In this document: piece by piece, positions 51,386 through 59,718 of the stretch | Layout of the letters: every line of letters begins with the position of its first letter | Position numbering within the stretch: position 1 is the first letter of the stretch | DNA from: Candidatus Zixiibacteriota bacterium | Lineage (GTDB): Bacteria > Zixibacteria > MSB-5A5 > WJJR01 | DNA length: 64,000 nt | Reading direction: 5' to 3' | Assembly (NCBI GenBank): GCA_036397555.1 | Contig: DASWIS010000031.1 | Span: 80,052-144,051 of the forward strand | The notes under the pieces: generated by a model | What the model saw: only the letters and a program-made list of their open reading frames with translations | The model's database searches: none | Told to the model about the DNA's origin: nothing | Position numbers and translations under genes: made by a program

Positions 51386-51961
51386 TCAGTTAATGCCGTA
51401 CTTCGAGAAGTGGTGGATTTCGAATGAGATTTTGCCGTGCGCGTCAACGAACGCGGTTTGCTGATATTCCCACGATCCGGTTGCCGGATTGAGCCACCAA
51501 AGCCGTCGTAATGTGCCTTCCGCCTGACCGGTTTCTAACGTCAAAGTTGCCGGTTTCTGGAACGTCAGCCCGTCAGGGCCGAAGTCGAAGATGTAGACAT
51601 CGAGGATTCTCAAATCGACGTGAGTCGCAGTCCCGGTGACCATCGTCAGTAGTCTCAGCGCGCCAGCCGGGATAGTCAAGGTCGCGCTTTCTTCGCCGAA
51701 GTCGAAGTTCAGGGTCCCGCCGAGCAGGCCGATCAGCACTTGTTCGGTCGTGGTAATCAGCCAGCCGATAACCTGTTCCGGCGACTCCGCCGCACTGTCG
51801 AGCTGGGCCTGCGCCCAAATCAAATCTTGCAGCCCGTCGTCTGCGTTGGGCGAAACCACCCGCTCTCCGCAGCCGACTAAAAACAGCCCGATGCCGAAAA
51901 TCCCGATCAGCACCAGCCCTTTCAGCCAGCCGCGCTGCAACGCTGATTTACGATTTAACAT
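51386..51961 (-). CDS. lipoprotein, hypothetical (lipobox LVGC)
   Basis: ATG 51961 with GAGAGGG RBS gives MLNRKSALQRGWLKGLVLIGIFGIGLFLVGCGER; the 67-aa ORF-track extension lacks signal features. Confidence 0.5.
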   Translation of the reverse strand: MLNRKSALQRGWLKGLVLIGIFGIGLFLVGCGERVVSPNADDGLQDLIWAQAQLDSAAESPEQVIGWLITTTEQVLIGLLGGTLNFDFGEESATLTIPAGALRLLTMVTGTATHVDLRILDVYIFDFGPDGLTFQKPATLTLETGQAEGTLRRLWWLNPATGSWEYQQTAFVDAHGKISFEIHHFSKYGIN

Positions 51962-52420
51962 TGCGGAACCCTCTCGTTCTGGTCGCCATCGGCACTTTAG
52001 CCGCCTCTTCCTGCCGCACGTGCCGTGCCCAGACAGCGCAGATCTGACACAGTGATATAACATGTTGTTGTCCAGCGGGATGCGGCGACACGGCACGGCC
52101 CGCTGTTCAAAGCCCACACACTGTCCTCCTGATTTGGGGACGACAAACTGTGGGGGGGCGCCCAACAGTGGGGGAGGCGGGCCATGCGGTTGGCCGGCTT
52201 CGGACGGGAATCGATGTGGCTGACGATGGCTGCCTTGGAGAGAACGACGACAGCCCAGGCCGGTTTGTGTATCCGCGAAAAAGTTGATTCATTTGTGACG
52301 TCGTGTCGCTGTATGATGCACGACGACGGAAGCAATGAACGGCGGAATCCAAGTCACTGTGTTTGACGTACCACGAACACGTACCACACATGCCGCAGAG
52401 TTTCGCAGAGGGAGGAAGTC

Positions 52421-53122
52421 GTGAAGAAGACCGCGTCAAAGTCCAGAGCGAAGACAAGACCGAAGTCGAAACCGTCGACGAAGAAACCGATGAGAAAGAC
52501 GGCGAAACCGAAGGCGAAAGCCGCCAGGCGCGTGGCCAAGGCGAAGCCGAAGATGACAGCGCAAGCCGGTCCGTCGGCCAGGGCAAAGTTCGCCTACAAG
52601 CCCGTGGATCCGCAAACGATGATGGAGCAGTGGATGAAGCTTGCTGCACCGGGTCAGCCGCATGCCCGGTTCAAGAAGCTGCAGGGACGTTGGAACGCGA
52701 CCGTCAGATTCTGGATGGACCCGACCGCGCCGGCACAGGAGAGTACCGGCGAGGCGGAGTTTACGTTGTTTCATGGCGGACGATTCATGCGCCAGGACTA
52801 CAAAAGCACATCGCCTCAGATGCCGTTCGAGGGCCTGGGCCTGACCGGCTTCGACAACTTTCGCAAGGAGTATGTCGACATCTGGACCGATTCGATGAGC
52901 ACGGCATTCACCATCAGTCGGGGGCGCGAAGAGTCATCCACCGGAGCGGTCAATTTTAAGGCGTTGGCGGACCGTCCCACCGTAGGTCAGAAGGATGTCC
53001 CGATGCGCTCCATCACCCGCTTTGATGGCGACGACACGCACGTAATCGAGATGTTCAGCCCGGGACCCAGCGGAAAAGAATTCCGCAACATGGAGATTGT
53101 CTACAAACGTGTGAAGTCATGA
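52421..53122 (+). CDS. DUF1579-like protein with a Lys/Ala/Pro-rich histone-H1-like N-terminal tail
   Basis: GTG start with GGAGG 10 nt upstream; the N-terminal 50 aa are KAKP/KSKP repeats; C-terminal GFDNFRKEYVDIWTDSMST fits the DUF1579 signature (from memory). Confidence 0.55.
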   Translation: MKKTASKSRAKTRPKSKPSTKKPMRKTAKPKAKAARRVAKAKPKMTAQAGPSARAKFAYKPVDPQTMMEQWMKLAAPGQPHARFKKLQGRWNATVRFWMDPTAPAQESTGEAEFTLFHGGRFMRQDYKSTSPQMPFEGLGLTGFDNFRKEYVDIWTDSMSTAFTISRGREESSTGAVNFKALADRPTVGQKDVPMRSITRFDGDDTHVIEMFSPGPSGKEFRNMEIVYKRVKS

Positions 53123-53165
53123 CGAAATGGCGGCTGACGCAGCGCCGAAGGTGATTCCGGCAAGA

Positions 53166-53243
53166 TGGGGTGGGTGAAGGGATTTGAACCCTTGGCCCCC
53201 AGGGCCACAACCTGGTGCTCTAACCAACTGAGCTACACCCACC
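53166..53243 (-). tRNA. tRNA-His (anticodon GTG) with genome-encoded G-1 and 3' CCA
   Basis: The reverse complement reads GGTGGGTGTAGCTCAGTTGGTTAGAGCACCAGGTTGTGGCCCTGG...GGTTCAAATCCCTTCACCCACCCCA. 8-bp acceptor including G-1:C73. Confidence 0.85.
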
Positions 53244-53340
53244 ATCGCGGCAGCGGCATAAACTACGATTGACGCGACCGCCGTGTCTACAGCAATTGGC
53301 GTTCGCACCCCACCGCATTGCAGCGGTCACCATCACCGAG

Positions 53341-53370
53341 AAAAAAAACGGCCCCCGAATTCGGGGGCCG
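53341..53370 (-). terminator. intrinsic terminator (CGGCCCCCG-AATT-CGGGGGCCG then U8 on the minus strand) after the AhpD-like gene
   Basis: Perfect 9-bp GC stem, A8 on the plus strand adjacent; 24 nt downstream of the stop at 53394. Confidence 0.75.
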
Positions 53371-53393
53371 TTCGTGTTGAACTGAGCCGCTGT

Positions 53394-53888
53394 CTATTTT
53401 CCTTGTGCGGCCGACGCTGACCGGACGTGACCACAGATCATATCCACTTCCTTGCAGAACTGGTCGTAGTCGAGTTGCATCCCGTTGATATAGGCGCTCC
53501 ATCCCGCGCTCGATTTGGCGTAATGCAGGGCATCTTCGATTTCGGCATCCGTTGCGCCATTGAGCTTGGCGAACTGGGTATGAAAGTACGCGCAATAGCG
53601 GCACTTGGTGATCCCGGAGATCGCGACGCCGATCAGCTCGCGATACTTGTTGGGGATCGCGCCCGGCGCCATCTGGACCTGTTTGAGCAGGTTCCATTCG
53701 AGCTCAAGTGAGTTGTCGGGGACGGTCTTCATGAATGTCGGAACCAGACCGAGCGTCGCTTCCATGTCTTTGTAGATTTCCTCGCGGGACATCGGTTCGG
53801 CGCCCGTCTGTGCATCGGACTGGCTGAGGCCCAGCAGCGCTAAGACCCCGATCGCAACGACCGCAGCCCATAAAACGCGCCTACTCAT
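53394..53888 (-). CDS. exported carboxymuconolactone-decarboxylase-family (AhpD-like) protein
   Basis: ATG 53888 with GGAGG RBS gives signal peptide MSRRVLWAAVVAIGVLALLGLSQSDA; CRYCAYFH = CxxCxxxH AhpD-like core. The ORF-track 66-aa N-extension is rejected. Confidence 0.6.
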   Translation of the reverse strand: MSRRVLWAAVVAIGVLALLGLSQSDAQTGAEPMSREEIYKDMEATLGLVPTFMKTVPDNSLELEWNLLKQVQMAPGAIPNKYRELIGVAISGITKCRYCAYFHTQFAKLNGATDAEIEDALHYAKSSAGWSAYINGMQLDYDQFCKEVDMICGHVRSASAAQGK

Positions 53889-54053
53889 TGCTTCCTCCTG
53901 CTGTGATAGATGTTGGTTGTGCTGCCTGACCCCACCCCGACCGGGTGTGTCAGAGTTCGCACCTAAATAACAGTCGCGAATCAGCCATGCGGTCAGTTCG
54001 ACGTCAAGTTTAATGTGCGATCGATTCCGTATATCTTTGGAGTAGAATGAACC

Positions 54054-54126
54054 GTACCCCCGGCAGGATTCGAACCTGCGACCCACAGCTTAGAAGGCTG
54101 TTGCTCTTCCTATTGAGCTACGGGGG
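54054..54126 (-). tRNA. tRNA-Arg (anticodon TCT)
   Basis: The reverse complement reads GCCCCCGTAGCTCAATAGGAAGAGCAACAGCCTTCTAAGCTGT...GGTTCGAATCCTGCCGGGGGTA. 73 nt; anticodon loop CTTCTAA. Confidence 0.8.
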
Positions 54127-54163
54127 CAATGGCGGCTTTGCCGTTCAAGTCTGTGTGCAACAA

Positions 54164-54237
54164 TCGGGGTGAGAGGATTTGAACCTCCGGCATCTTGCTC
54201 CCAAAGCAAGCGCGCTACCAGGCTGCGCTACACCCCG
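54164..54237 (-). tRNA. tRNA-Pro (anticodon TGG)
   Basis: The reverse complement reads CGGGGTGTAGCGCAGCCTGGTAGCGCGCTTGCTTTGGGAGCAAG...GGTTCAAATCCTCTCACCCCGA. 74 nt. Confidence 0.8.
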
Positions 54238-54314
54238 TTTGCGGCAATCAGTCCATTGATGGTACCAGACGGACGCAACAACATGACAAAATAAGGCGCC
54301 CGCCCGCCCGGCCG

Positions 54315-54932
54315 TCACGAACTTTTGACCGCTAGTTCTCGCAGTCGTTGCGCGGCCTTGCGAAAGGCCACGCCTCGGTGCGACAGCCCATTCTTCTCGG
54401 CGGGCGTGGCTTGGGCGAACGTCCTGCCCAGTTCGGGAACAAAAAATATCGGATCATACCCGAAGCCGCCTGGCCCGCGTGGTTCCCTCGTGATCCTGCC
54501 TTCAATTATCCCGACAAACACATCGGCGTCCCGTTGGTGTCCGATCAGCGCCGCGGCACAAACAAACCGGGCCGTGCGCTTCACATCGGCAACATCGTCC
54601 AGCAATTGCAGCACCTTGGCGTTGTTGTCGGCGAATGAACACGCCGGGCCGGCGTAACGCGCCGAGAACACACCCGGCGCGCCGTCGAGGGCATCGATTT
54701 CCAGCCCCGAATCATCGGCCAAAGTCCACAAGCCGGTCGCGTGGTGAACGGCACGGGCCTTGATCAACGCATTCTCTTCCAGCGTCGCCCCCGTCTCCTC
54801 GGGAGATGCGATCCCGCCGATTTGCAGTATGTCGGTGATGTCGATTGGCATGTGGCCCATAATCGCGCGGATTTCGGCGATCTTGTGCCCATTGGCCGTT
54901 GCCAGCACCAGTCTGGGGTTTGCAGGGTTCAA
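54315..54932 (-). CDS. rdgB: non-canonical purine NTP pyrophosphatase (RdgB/HAM1)
   Basis: LVLATANGHK, SPEETGATLEENALIKA, FGYDPIFF motifs; TTG start 54932 (GTG 54908 is an alternative); the ORF-track upstream extension is Cys/Arg-rich junk overlapping murI. Confidence 0.7.
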   Translation of the reverse strand: MNPANPRLVLATANGHKIAEIRAIMGHMPIDITDILQIGGIASPEETGATLEENALIKARAVHHATGLWTLADDSGLEIDALDGAPGVFSARYAGPACSFADNNAKVLQLLDDVADVKRTARFVCAAALIGHQRDADVFVGIIEGRITREPRGPGGFGYDPIFFVPELGRTFAQATPAEKNGLSHRGVAFRKAAQRLRELAVKSS

Positions 54933-54961
54933 CCCGGAATCCGGTAGAGTCGGAGGGCTCG

Positions 54962-55807
54962 TCAAACGGCAACATCGGCCTTGTGGCCGAGGGATTCCAG
55001 TTCGACAACATGAACAATGCCTAGTTCGTGACCGAGGAAACGGGCGCCGACACGTCGAAAACGATCCGGAGTGTCGGAGACATAGAAGTGTCGCAGCGGC
55101 GCAGATCGACTGTTGCTTCGAAGATCGTGCTCGTCCAGCAATGCCCCGACACTCCGTGCCACGGCATCGGCGGAATCGACCAGACCGATCGCGTCTCCGC
55201 ACACGGCCGCAATGTCGTCTCTCAGCAGCGGGTAGTGAGTGCAGCCAAGGACCAGCGTATCGATCTGAACTTCGTTCACCATCGGCCGCAGGTATTCCTC
55301 GGCGACTGTCCTGGTCACACGATGCCCGGCGTAGCCTTCCTCCGCCAAGGCCACAAACAGGGGACAGGCCCGTGCCGTCACGGCGACATTTGGGTTCAGC
55401 TTACGAATCGCTGCCTGATACGCCCCTGAGTTAATCGTCGCCTCGGTGCCGATCACACCCACATGCCCATTGCGCGTCTGCGCCACCGCTTGTTTTGCTC
55501 CCGGTTCGATGACACCGATGGCCGGAATCGAGGCGATTGCCACGATGTCCTCCATGGCCGCCGCCGACGCCGAGTTACAGGCGACGACAATCAACTTGCA
55601 GCGCTGTTCTTCGAGAAAGGCGGTAATCTGCCGCGCGAATCCGGCAATGACGGCGTTGGAACGAACCCCGTAGGGATAGCGCCCCGTGTCGCCGAAATAC
55701 ACCAATGACTCGTCGGGCGCCGTGCGTGCGATCGACGCAAGCACTGTCAGTCCGCCGACGCCGGAATCGAAGATGCCGATGGGATTGTCGCGGAATTCCG
55801 CCGGCAT
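54962..55807 (-). CDS. murI: glutamate racemase
   Basis: IGIFDSGVGGLTV, VVACNSAS (catalytic Cys) and LGCTHYP motifs. Confidence 0.9.
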   Translation of the reverse strand: MPAEFRDNPIGIFDSGVGGLTVLASIARTAPDESLVYFGDTGRYPYGVRSNAVIAGFARQITAFLEEQRCKLIVVACNSASAAAMEDIVAIASIPAIGVIEPGAKQAVAQTRNGHVGVIGTEATINSGAYQAAIRKLNPNVAVTARACPLFVALAEEGYAGHRVTRTVAEEYLRPMVNEVQIDTLVLGCTHYPLLRDDIAAVCGDAIGLVDSADAVARSVGALLDEHDLRSNSRSAPLRHFYVSDTPDRFRRVGARFLGHELGIVHVVELESLGHKADVAV

Positions 55808-57309
55808 CAGGGCTCCAACTCGGTGTGGGCGATATAGTCGAGAATCCCGCGACAGATCGCCTCGGCCGCATCGCGATGGTACGACTCGCGCCGCAGTTGA
55901 TTCTCATCCTGACGGTTGCCCAAGAACCCCAGAAAGACGGCCACCGACGGCATCTGCAATCCCGAAAGCATCGTCAAATCCGCTTGATCGACGCCGCGTC
56001 CCGGCAGCTTCAACTCTCGTTCCAGCGCATTCTGGATCGACTGCGCCAGGTCGGCCGACGCCTGCTGATATGTCGGTGCGGTCAGTGCGGGCAGGGAAGC
56101 ACTTGCCCCGTTACCGGCCAGTTGTGCCGCATCCGCCGGGTCGTAGTTTTCCCGCTCGGCGGTCGCCACGGCATCGACATTCCCCGCCCGACCCCAGAAC
56201 ATTGTCTGCGTTCCCGAAGTATTGGGGTCCGAAGATCGATCAACGTGAATCGAAACGAACAAATCGCCGCGATCGTCATTGGCGCCGGCCATCCGCTGCT
56301 GCATCGGTACGCTCGCGTCGTCCCAGCGGGTCATAACGACCCGGAAACGATCATCATTCTCCAAACGCTCCCGCAGGAATAGGGCCACCGACAGCGCGAC
56401 ATCCTTTTCCGTCCAACGGCTCCCGTGCACGGTCGCCCCGCTGTCGATGCCGCCGTGGCCGGGATCGATGACGATCACATTCAACGGGTCGCGAGAGCGA
56501 CGGCCGCCGATCGGCTCCACGGGGTCGTCGAGCCCTTCGACCTCTGCGTTTCCATCCCGGATCATGATCGTCAAACGGGGTGGGTGCTCCTCCGTGTTCA
56601 CAAAGCAGGTCGAATAGGACTGTCGCAGGCGAAACGACAACTGCGCGGACCCGTCGAACTGATGCGTGCGCACTTCGCGCAAGACCGGATCGCGCCCCGA
56701 CAGCTTCATCGCGTCGACATCGACACGGGCATCGTAGAGCGAAATGTTGATCCAGTTGCCTTCCGAACGGCTCCACTCGACGGGCAAGGGTTCGGCGAGA
56801 TCGATCTCGATCAATGTCCCGTTCTCTCGATTCTGCACGGCAAATCCGGTCACGTTGTACTGCCCGCCGCGGATATCGAGGCGGTCGCCCTCCCAGTACA
56901 GGCGGCGATGGGAGTGGTTGTTCAGCAGGGTGACGATGGCGTCGACCGAGGCGGCCGCTGAGTGGTCGATCAGGCGCACCGGACCGGCGAGCATGATGGC
57001 GTCGTCGTCGCGGCCCACAATCGCCGAGTTGCACCAGAATGACCAGATCTGGCCGTCGAGCTCGACACGCAAATGCCCGGTGGTGCCGTCCCAGCGCATC
57101 GGGGCGGCCAGAGCGGCGAAGAGTCCCTGCAGGGAGACATAATCCCGTCCATCAACGCGATACGCCTCGATCCGCACAGGGTTGCCGTCCAGTTCGATGT
57201 CGATCGAACGCCCCGTGGCATCGGAAGCCAGCAGAATGAATAGCGCGCTCACAACGAGCGTCCACCGTGCGATAAATCCCCTGGCATTTTCTGCAGTCAC
57301 AATGTCCAC
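55807..57309 (-). CDS. N-acetylmuramoyl-L-alanine amidase (Amidase_3) with N-terminal AMIN-like domain
   Basis: VIVIDPGHGGIDSGA, SIHVD and GxxE motifs; GTG start 57309; stop overlaps the murI ATG by 1 nt (TGATG). Confidence 0.8.
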   Translation of the reverse strand: MDIVTAENARGFIARWTLVVSALFILLASDATGRSIDIELDGNPVRIEAYRVDGRDYVSLQGLFAALAAPMRWDGTTGHLRVELDGQIWSFWCNSAIVGRDDDAIMLAGPVRLIDHSAAASVDAIVTLLNNHSHRRLYWEGDRLDIRGGQYNVTGFAVQNRENGTLIEIDLAEPLPVEWSRSEGNWINISLYDARVDVDAMKLSGRDPVLREVRTHQFDGSAQLSFRLRQSYSTCFVNTEEHPPRLTIMIRDGNAEVEGLDDPVEPIGGRRSRDPLNVIVIDPGHGGIDSGATVHGSRWTEKDVALSVALFLRERLENDDRFRVVMTRWDDASVPMQQRMAGANDDRGDLFVSIHVDRSSDPNTSGTQTMFWGRAGNVDAVATAERENYDPADAAQLAGNGASASLPALTAPTYQQASADLAQSIQNALERELKLPGRGVDQADLTMLSGLQMPSVAVFLGFLGNRQDENQLRRESYHRDAAEAICRGILDYIAHTELEP

Positions 57310-57321
57310 AAGCTTGTAGTC

Positions 57322-57792
57322 TCAACGGCGTCGGAAGGTTTCGCGTTCAACCTGACGGTCGCTCTCGCGTCGCAGGATCGTCTGGCGTTTGTCGTAGAGC
57401 TTCTTGCCCCGTGCCAGCCCCAATTCGACCTTGGCGACCCGTCCGCTAAAGTACAGGCGCATCGGAACCAGCGTCAGCCCTTTCTGGTGAAGCTGCCCGT
57501 TGAAGTAGCGCAATTGACGTTTGGTGAGTAACAGCTTACGCCGGCGTCGGGGATCATGGTTGAAACGGTTGCCCTCGGTGTACTCGGGAATGTGTATGTT
57601 AACGAGCCAGGCCTCTTCGTTCTCGACCGTGGCGTATCCCTCTCCGAGACTGCACTTGCCGGTGCGCAGCGATTTGACCTCGGTCCCGGTCAATACCAGT
57701 CCCGCCTCGACGGTTTCGAGGATTTCATAACGGAATCGCGCCTGCCGGTTGGTCGTCACCGGATGGACGGCCTTGTCCTTATTTTGATTCAT
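57322..57792 (-). CDS. smpB: SsrA-binding protein
   Basis: NRQARFRYEI, GTEVKSLR and KLLLTKRQL motifs; ATG 57792 (MNQNKDKAV). Confidence 0.9.
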   Translation of the reverse strand: MNQNKDKAVHPVTTNRQARFRYEILETVEAGLVLTGTEVKSLRTGKCSLGEGYATVENEEAWLVNIHIPEYTEGNRFNHDPRRRRKLLLTKRQLRYFNGQLHQKGLTLVPMRLYFSGRVAKVELGLARGKKLYDKRQTILRRESDRQVERETFRRR

Positions 57793-57932
57793 TTCACATG
57801 CTCCCACCGTATGGGCCATCATGAATTAAACCCTGTCCGCGGACTCTCACCAACCAAAACCGCCTTGCCCTGAGTCGGGCCAATCGCCATAATCGCCCCT
57901 TGCGGCCCTGATGTGTGTCACGCAGACAGGGT

Positions 57933-58020
57933 GCCGAAGTGGTGGAACTGGCAGACACGCTGTGTTCAGGGCGCAGTGCTCTTACGGGCGTGAGGGTTCG
58001 AATCCCTCCTTCGGCACCAA
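57933..58020 (+). tRNA. tRNA-Leu (anticodon CAG) with encoded CCA
   Basis: GCCGAAGTGGTGGAACTGGCAGAC...CTGTGTTCAGGGCGCAG...long variable arm...GGTTCGAATCCCTCCTTCGGCACCA; 88 nt. Confidence 0.85.
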
Positions 58021-58176
58021 AAATTGTCCCGGCCACGGCTGTTCGTCGTAACCGCCCCACGCTCTTTGATCTGCTCGGACAACTGAACAGTTGAAACCCG
58101 ACGGACGCCCTCCCGTATCCCAGAGAGTCAGGCGCGGCCGGTGACTCGCCAGGGGTCGCACAGCGAAAGGGACCGT

Positions 58177-58992
58177 ATGGCAAAGAATTTCGGACGGATC
58201 GGCAGTCTGACCCTGATGCTCGTGGGGGTGCTTGTGATCGACGCCTTCGGCGGCATCTGGGACCGCCGCGAGACTATCAGGGGCTCCGGCATTGAGGGCA
58301 GCGAAACGCGCAATATCTCCGGCGCCACTGAAATCGAGCTGGCCACCATCGGCGAGCTGACCATCGAAATCGGCGATCGCGAGGAACTGACCATCGAGGC
58401 GGATGACAACCTCCTGGAACACTTTATCACCGATGTCACCCGTGGACGACTGCGGATCACCACCTCCGACGGCGTCAGTCTCCGTACGCGCCGCCCGGTG
58501 CGGTTCACGGTTGTCATCAAGCGGCTGGAGGCAATCGCCATCACATCCAGCGGCGACGTTCTCGTCGTCTCCGATCTGAACGCCATTGATTTTGAAATCT
58601 TTTCGATCAGCTCCGGTGACCTGGAAATGGAAGCGCTGCATTGCGAAGGCGACGTGCATGTCGAACTGGAGAGTTCCGGCGACGTCTATATTCGCCGGGT
58701 CGCAGCGGAGCGCCTCGATGCGCGGCTCAGCAGTTCCGGCGATCTGGAAATCGACGGCGGCGCGGTTCCCGCACTCCACGTTGCGATCAGCAGTTCGGGC
58801 GATTTCGTCGGAGACGGGCTCACATGCGATCAGGCGGTCGTTCGGACTTCAAGCAGCGGCGATGCGCATGTCCGGGTCACAGGACGGCTCGATGCCCGCT
58901 GCTCCAGCAGCGGTGATGTCATCTATTACGGCAACCCCGATGTCAACAGCCGCGAGTCCAGTTCCGGCGACATCTATCGGGCCGGCGGCTGA
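58177..58992 (+). CDS. DUF2807-like (GIN head-domain-like) beta-repeat protein with N-terminal TM/signal anchor
   Basis: AAAGGGA RBS; about nine repeats of a roughly 20-aa unit containing SSSGD/TSSGD; immediately follows tRNA-Leu. Confidence 0.55.
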   Translation: MAKNFGRIGSLTLMLVGVLVIDAFGGIWDRRETIRGSGIEGSETRNISGATEIELATIGELTIEIGDREELTIEADDNLLEHFITDVTRGRLRITTSDGVSLRTRRPVRFTVVIKRLEAIAITSSGDVLVVSDLNAIDFEIFSISSGDLEMEALHCEGDVHVELESSGDVYIRRVAAERLDARLSSSGDLEIDGGAVPALHVAISSSGDFVGDGLTCDQAVVRTSSSGDAHVRVTGRLDARCSSSGDVIYYGNPDVNSRESSSGDIYRAGG

Positions 58993-59073
58993 CTGCGACG
59001 TAAGGATTTCAAGCCGGGAGACAACGGCTATTCCTGACTAAATGGCCGATCGGAGTTGTCTGGAATCTCCCGA

Positions 59074-59484
59074 TCAGCGCCACAATCCGAGGATGACACC
59101 CATCACGGCGAATGTCACCAGCTTGTAGCCCGCGTTCACGAAGTACAAACTTCGGGGGCGTCCCTCCATGACATCATCAACCGCCGCCGGTGCGGCGACC
59201 AGACAGACCGCCGCCAGCACACCGATCATCAGCCCGTCTGCCAGCGAGTCGGCGGCCACCCAACTGAGGATCCTGCCCAGACCATAAGCTGCGATCAGGT
59301 ATCCCAGCAGCGCCCAGACGAGGTTGACCGGGGAATAGTCCTTCTCGACTTGCTCTTTGGTCTTCCCGATACCCGCCATCCACGTCTTGCCGAACAGCAG
59401 CGGCGTATACCAGAGTGCTCCCAGAATCCATGCGGCCGCACCCGCAATGAGGATCGCCCAGTAGTTCATACCGGTTTCCAGCAT
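59074..59484 (-). CDS. DUF1761-like small membrane protein
   Basis: ATG 59484 with GGAGG 7 nt upstream; LGALWYTPLLFGKTWM motif as remembered for DUF1761; four TM segments. Confidence 0.5.
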   Translation of the reverse strand: MLETGMNYWAILIAGAAAWILGALWYTPLLFGKTWMAGIGKTKEQVEKDYSPVNLVWALLGYLIAAYGLGRILSWVAADSLADGLMIGVLAAVCLVAAPAAVDDVMEGRPRSLYFVNAGYKLVTFAVMGVILGLWR

Positions 59485-59718
59485 GTCCCGACCTCCTGCG
59501 TGAGGATTCAACCACCCGAGTTCTCTCGAGCGTATCAGATCGCATCGTCGAATAATCGACTGCGATCCGAGACCGCGCAAGAGTTAGTAATCCCTTCAGG
59601 GTCGGTGACTTGCGCTACCAGGTGTGTTTGCGGGACGTATTAGTTGCAGACAACCTGCCGATCCCGTGTAATTATTACCGGTGTCGGGATTGCTCCTTAA
59701 TCTCTGGCGATAACACCC

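Noticed and set aside
51962-52165. 67-aa N-terminal extension of the lipoprotein ORF (51386..52165)
   Set aside because: No signal features, Arg/Cys-rich; an internal ATG with RBS gives a canonical lipoprotein signal peptide.
53889-54086. 66-aa N-terminal extension of the AhpD-like ORF
   Set aside because: Overlaps tRNA-Arg, and an internal ATG with GGAGG yields a clean signal peptide.
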